The position numbers and the translations under genes were made by a program. DNA of 64,000 bases from assembly GCA_030446545.1 (NCBI GenBank), contig JAUJNB010000001.1, forward strand, positions 280,885-344,884, in the 5' to 3' direction. Of the stretch, positions 60,428-64,000 are shown piece by piece. The stretch's first letter is position 1. Each line of letters begins with the position of its first letter. The DNA comes from Acidimicrobiales bacterium (GTDB lineage Bacteria > Actinomycetota > Acidimicrobiia > Acidimicrobiales > CADCSY01). The notes under the pieces are model-generated. The model made no database searches and was not told the DNA's origin. It was given only the letters and a program-made list of their open reading frames with translations.

Positions 60428-62224
60428 GTGAACGGCATCTTCAGGATCATTCGCTACACCTGGGAGTTGAAGCGCTACTACCTGGCCACGGGGTTCTTCG
60501 TCATCGTGGTGGCCCTGCTCAACCAGGCCAACCCGTTCCTTCTCAAGTTCCTGGTCGACGCCGTGGTGCAGCGCGGCTCCGGCCAGCAGGTGGAGACGAG
60601 CTACTTCGGGCTCCTCCTGGGTCTGCTGTTCGCGGCCGGCGTCTCCATCTCGCTGATCACCAACGTCCAGGGTTACATCGGGGACCAGCTCGGGGCCAAG
60701 CTCCAGACCCTGTTGAGCCGGCGCTACTACGACCACCTCCTCGAGCTGCCCCTGGAGTTCTACGACAACGCCGTCACCGGAGGCATCACCAGCAAGCTGG
60801 AGCGCAGCATCGCCGGCATCTCCCAGCTCGTCCAGGCCATGGCCAACAACTTCATCGGCTTTTTCCTGACCAGCGCCTTCACCCTGGTCATCCTGGCTCG
60901 CTACTCCCCCTTCGTCGCCCTGCTCCTGGCGGTGCTCTTCCCCTTGTACATCTGGTTGACCACCCGCACCAGCCGCGCCTGGCAAAAGAAGCAGGAGGGG
61001 ATCAACAAGGACACCGACTACGCCAACGGACGCTTCGTCGAGGCGATCGGCAACATCCGGGTCGTGAAGTCATTCGTCCAGGAGCGGGCCGAGAGCAGGA
61101 TCTTCGCCCGTACCCGTCGCCTCATCGAGGACCAGACCAAGCTGCAGTCCAAGCAGTGGCACCGTGACGACGTCTGGCGGGGGTTGAGCCTGAACATCAT
61201 CTTCTTCGGGATCTACGCCACCATCATCTGGCAGGCCCTCAACGGGACGTTCGGTCCCTTGCAGGAGTCGATCGGCACCGTCGTGTTGATGCTCCAGCTC
61301 TCACTCCAGGCCCAGTTCCCCCTGTTCGCCTCCTCCTTCATCGTCGACCAGATCCAACAGGCGACGGCCGACAGCAAGGACTTCTTCGCGGTGATGGACC
61401 TGGCCCCGACGATCACCGACGTCGAGGGGGCAGCCGAGCTCGAGGTGACGGCGGGGAGGGTGGAGTACCGCGACGTCTCCTTCCACTACCAGGGAGGCCA
61501 GCCCGTCCTGAGCGGCGTCAGCTTCACCGTCGAGCCCGGAAGCAAGCTGGCGCTCGTGGGCGAGAGCGGCGAGGGCAAGACCACGCTGGCCAACCTCCTG
61601 CTCCGCTTCTACGAGCTGACCGAAGGCTCGATCCTCATCGACGGCAGCGACGTTCGATCCGTGAGCCAAGCGTCACTGCGGCGCAACATCGGCGTGGTCT
61701 TCCAGGAGCCGGCACTGTTCTCCGGCTCGGTGGCGGAGAACATCACCTACGGCCAGTCCAGCTTCGACCACGAGCACGTGGTCGCCGCGGCCCGAGCCGC
61801 CAACGCCCACGACTTCGTCGAGCGGCTCCCCCAGGGATACGACACCCAGATCGGCGAGCGAGGGGTCAAGCTCTCGGGGGGCCAGAAGCAACGCATCGCC
61901 ATCGCCCGGGCCCTCATGAAGAACCCGCCCATCCTCGTCCTCGACGAAGCCACCAGTTCGCTCGACAGCAAGGCCGAACGCGAGGTGCAGGACGCGCTCG
62001 AGCGCCTCATGCAGGGCCGGACCACGCTCATCATCGCCCACCGGCTGTCGACCATCCAGAACGTCGACAAGATCGTGGGTATAAGCCGAGGTGGCGTGGC
62101 CGAGATCGGCTCGCCGGCCGAGCTCGCCGCCGGCGACGGCATCTACGCCGAGCTCCTCCGCCTGCAAGCGCCGACCAAGGCCAACAAGGCCAAGCTCAAG
62201 GAATACGACATCGCCCGGGTCTGA
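60428..62224 (+). CDS. ABC exporter, fused permease/ATPase (MsbA/ABCB-like)
   Basis: 598-aa ORF with an N-terminal six-TM region. Shows GESGEGKTT, LSGGQKQRIAIARA and LVLDEATS. Confidence 0.9.
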   Translation: MNGIFRIIRYTWELKRYYLATGFFVIVVALLNQANPFLLKFLVDAVVQRGSGQQVETSYFGLLLGLLFAAGVSISLITNVQGYIGDQLGAKLQTLLSRRYYDHLLELPLEFYDNAVTGGITSKLERSIAGISQLVQAMANNFIGFFLTSAFTLVILARYSPFVALLLAVLFPLYIWLTTRTSRAWQKKQEGINKDTDYANGRFVEAIGNIRVVKSFVQERAESRIFARTRRLIEDQTKLQSKQWHRDDVWRGLSLNIIFFGIYATIIWQALNGTFGPLQESIGTVVLMLQLSLQAQFPLFASSFIVDQIQQATADSKDFFAVMDLAPTITDVEGAAELEVTAGRVEYRDVSFHYQGGQPVLSGVSFTVEPGSKLALVGESGEGKTTLANLLLRFYELTEGSILIDGSDVRSVSQASLRRNIGVVFQEPALFSGSVAENITYGQSSFDHEHVVAAARAANAHDFVERLPQGYDTQIGERGVKLSGGQKQRIAIARALMKNPPILVLDEATSSLDSKAEREVQDALERLMQGRTTLIIAHRLSTIQNVDKIVGISRGGVAEIGSPAELAAGDGIYAELLRLQAPTKANKAKLKEYDIARV

Positions 62225-62302
62225 GGCTCGGTCCCCGAATATGGCTCTCGGCGAAGGCCGGCAGGCTTCCCCGATCCACCCCTCGACGAATAGATTCGAG
62301 CC

Positions 62303-63022
62303 ATGAAGGTAGCTATCCGCCACGACCCCTCCTTCGCCGTCGCCCGGATCGCCCTACGCCCGGGCGAGCAGTTCCGAGCCGAGTCAGGAGCCATGATGGC
62401 CACGTCGCATGGCGTCTCGGTGGAGTCCGGCACCCGGGGCGGGGTGCTGAAGGGCCTGAAGCGATCGGTGCTCGGCGGGGAGAGCTTGTTCATCACCACC
62501 TTCACCGCTCCCGACCAAGGTGGTTGGGTCGACGTCGCTCACCACCTGAGCGGCGACATCGTGGTGAAAGACGTCACCGCTGAAGCACCGGTGTCGATCA
62601 CGAGGGGCTGCTGGTTGGCCTCGGCGACGGGCGTCGAGTTGGACACGAAGTGGGGCGGGTTCAAGAACCTGGTCGGTGGTGAGGGCGGCTTCTTGGTCCG
62701 GGCCAGCGGCCTGGGCACCGTCCTCCTCGCCTGTTACGGAGCCCTGGACACGATCACCCTCGGCCCCGGTGAGTCAGTCACGGTGGACACCGGCCACGTG
62801 GTGGCCTTCGACTCCGCCGTGCAGAGCCAGATCCGCAAGGTCACCGGGGGTGTCGTCCAGACGTTGAAGTCCGGCGAAGGGTTCGTCTTCGACTTCACCG
62901 GCCCGGGCTGGATCATGACCCAGGCCAGGAACCCCGCTGCCCTCGAGGCCTGGATCCGCCAACTCCTGCCCGGCCAGACCGGTGGCGCACCCGGTGCGCT
63001 GGGGGGGTTGCTCGGACGTTGA
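62303..63022 (+). CDS. AIM24 / TIGR00266-family protein
   Basis: 239-aa ORF reading ..AESGAMMATSHGV..GGESLFITTFTA..GEGGFLVRASG.GTVLLACYGA..GEGFVFDFTGPG. Confidence 0.75.
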   Translation: MKVAIRHDPSFAVARIALRPGEQFRAESGAMMATSHGVSVESGTRGGVLKGLKRSVLGGESLFITTFTAPDQGGWVDVAHHLSGDIVVKDVTAEAPVSITRGCWLASATGVELDTKWGGFKNLVGGEGGFLVRASGLGTVLLACYGALDTITLGPGESVTVDTGHVVAFDSAVQSQIRKVTGGVVQTLKSGEGFVFDFTGPGWIMTQARNPAALEAWIRQLLPGQTGGAPGALGGLLGR

Positions 63023-63091
63023 GGTGGTCCGGATCGGTCCTGCCGGTGAGCGCCTCGGAGTAGCGTGCAAGCACCGAAAGAGGGAGGTCCC

Positions 63092-63280
63092 ATGTCCTCG
63101 ACAGAGCCGTACCGGTCCGACGAGGTGTCCGCCGCCATCAGCGCCGCCCTGGACGAGTTGATCGGCCCCGAGCCCGACGAGCTGGTGGAGGAGCAAGCGC
63201 AACTTCCCCCGCGACCGCCCCTCGACTCCGGCGTGGAAGAGGAGCTGTTCCGGCTCAACCCCACGCGTTACGGAGCCTGA
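63092..63280 (+). CDS. small acidic hypothetical protein
   Basis: ATG at 63092 is preceded by AAGAGGGAGG. 62 aa. No recognisable domain. Confidence 0.4.
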   Translation: MSSTEPYRSDEVSAAISAALDELIGPEPDELVEEQAQLPPRPPLDSGVEEELFRLNPTRYGA

Positions 63281-63320
63281 CCGACAGCCTCCTGCGACCA
63301 GACCGGTCGAGGCTGCGGCT

Positions 63321-63794
63321 CTACCGGATGGGAGGGCTCGCTCCTCCGACGGCGTGATCGAAGATCGCTCCGGTTGCTTCGGCTTGCACCAGCTTGTCGA
63401 TGATGTCCACGGCCCAGTCCTCGGCCGACCAGCTGCTGGGCTGGTACAAACCGAGCGCGGTGTTGAGCACGACGTCCCCGGTGTAGACCGTGACGAACAC
63501 CGCCGCCACGGCTCGTTGACCCCGGAGCCCGGCGTGGGCGGCCAAGCCGTAGGCCGCGCCCCACAGGGTGCCGAGGGCGAAGTGGGTCGCGTAGTTCACT
63601 CGCCGCCGAGCTCGGTCACTGGCGGGGTTGATGGGGAGCACCTTCTGAGCGAAGTTCGCGGGGGCGTAGCTCTCGCTGCGCCCGGTGAGCGGCATCTCGA
63701 CGAACTTCTGGAACGCAGTCATCACCGCGGTACCGCCCAGCCCGGCAACGATGCCTCTTCCTATGGTCGCGGGCAACGGTCGGACTGCGGACAT
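63321..63794 (-). CDS. hypothetical membrane protein
   Basis: 157-aa ORF with three to four hydrophobic segments (GIVAGLGGTAVMTAF, HFALGTLWGAAYGLAA, AVAAVFVTVYTGDVVL). No confident family assignment. Confidence 0.5.
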   Translation of the reverse strand: MSAVRPLPATIGRGIVAGLGGTAVMTAFQKFVEMPLTGRSESYAPANFAQKVLPINPASDRARRRVNYATHFALGTLWGAAYGLAAHAGLRGQRAVAAVFVTVYTGDVVLNTALGLYQPSSWSAEDWAVDIIDKLVQAEATGAIFDHAVGGASPPIR

Positions 63795-63903
63795 GGTCCT
63801 CGCCTACCCGCCCCCGCCCGGACGCACGCTCGCACGCCTTGGTGCTGGAGCGACCGTGACGAGGCCCCGGGCTAGATCCGCTCGACCCGGGGTAGACCCA
63901 GGC

Positions 63904-64000
63904 ATGCTCGGATGGTCCGCCGACATCGAGGCGGCAACAGTCGACAACGACACCTTTCGGACGGTGCTGTTCACCGGCCAGTCGCTGCAGCTGACCGTCA
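63904..64000 (+). CDS. cupin-like protein, N-terminal fragment at the right edge
   Basis: Own translation gives MLGWSADIEAATVDNDTFRTVLFTGQSLQLTV.. The N..FR.VLFTG...QL pattern is typical of small cupins. It runs off the window edge. Confidence 0.45.
   Translation, partial: MLGWSADIEAATVDNDTFRTVLFTGQSLQLTV

Overview
Very GC-rich, actinobacterial-type chromosomal segment. All calls come from reading the translations, motifs and start/stop geometry by eye. No database search was run. The window has three parts.

(1) 1-11.8 kb, housekeeping and metabolism:
- an edge-truncated L,D-transpeptidase
- tRNA-Leu(UAA), msrB, a GNAT, Ppx/GppA, DUF501
- a six-gene minus-strand sugar/polyol-type operon in which every junction is a 4-nt start/stop overlap
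- a metallophosphoesterase next to a frame-disrupted radical SAM gene

(2) about 11.8-43.9 kb, the unusual part. An actinobacterial Tad/Flp-type pilus operon is physically interleaved with a T7SS-like module.
- Tad genes present: SAF/CpaB-like, ParA-like, tadA, tadB, tadC, Flp-like pilin, three TadE/TadG-like.
- A 1414-aa FHA + 3xFtsK/SpoIIIE (EssC-type) ATPase starts 12 nt after the tadA stop.
- About 13 kb of effector cassettes follow before tadB. They include WXG-like proteins, EspG-like proteins, two paralogs of a substrate with a hydrophobic Gly/Ala-rich C-terminus, and DUF3093-like membrane proteins.
- The cassettes also hold a multicopy family of about 170-178 aa of unknown function, with 7 copies plus fragments.
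- Downstream of the pilin genes lies a toxin with a T7SS-signal-type N-terminus, coupled by ATGA to a lipoprotein.
- The region is full of recombination scars: a 2.6-kb segmental duplication with an internal deletion, chimeric genes, orphan 5' and 3' gene fragments, and 1-nt indels at C/G runs.
- No EccB/D/E, mycosin, EssA/B, prepilin peptidase, integrase or transposase is recognisable.
- A Ser/Thr kinase and a LysM membrane protein head the co-directional cluster.

(3) 43.9-64 kb, ordinary genes:
- a flavoprotein and a nucleoside phosphorylase
- CHASE3-HAMP-PP2C, an RsbW-like ATPase, tRNA-Arg(CCG), a REC domain protein
- lysA-hom-thrC followed by an apgM-like gene (proposed homoserine kinase)
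- a rhomboid, an ankyrin protein, TfoX_C-GNAT, an epimerase, a Dabb protein, an ABC-F ATPase, an ABC exporter, an AIM24-like protein and an edge-truncated cupin

Most long plus-strand ORFs in the track are antisense shadow ORFs.
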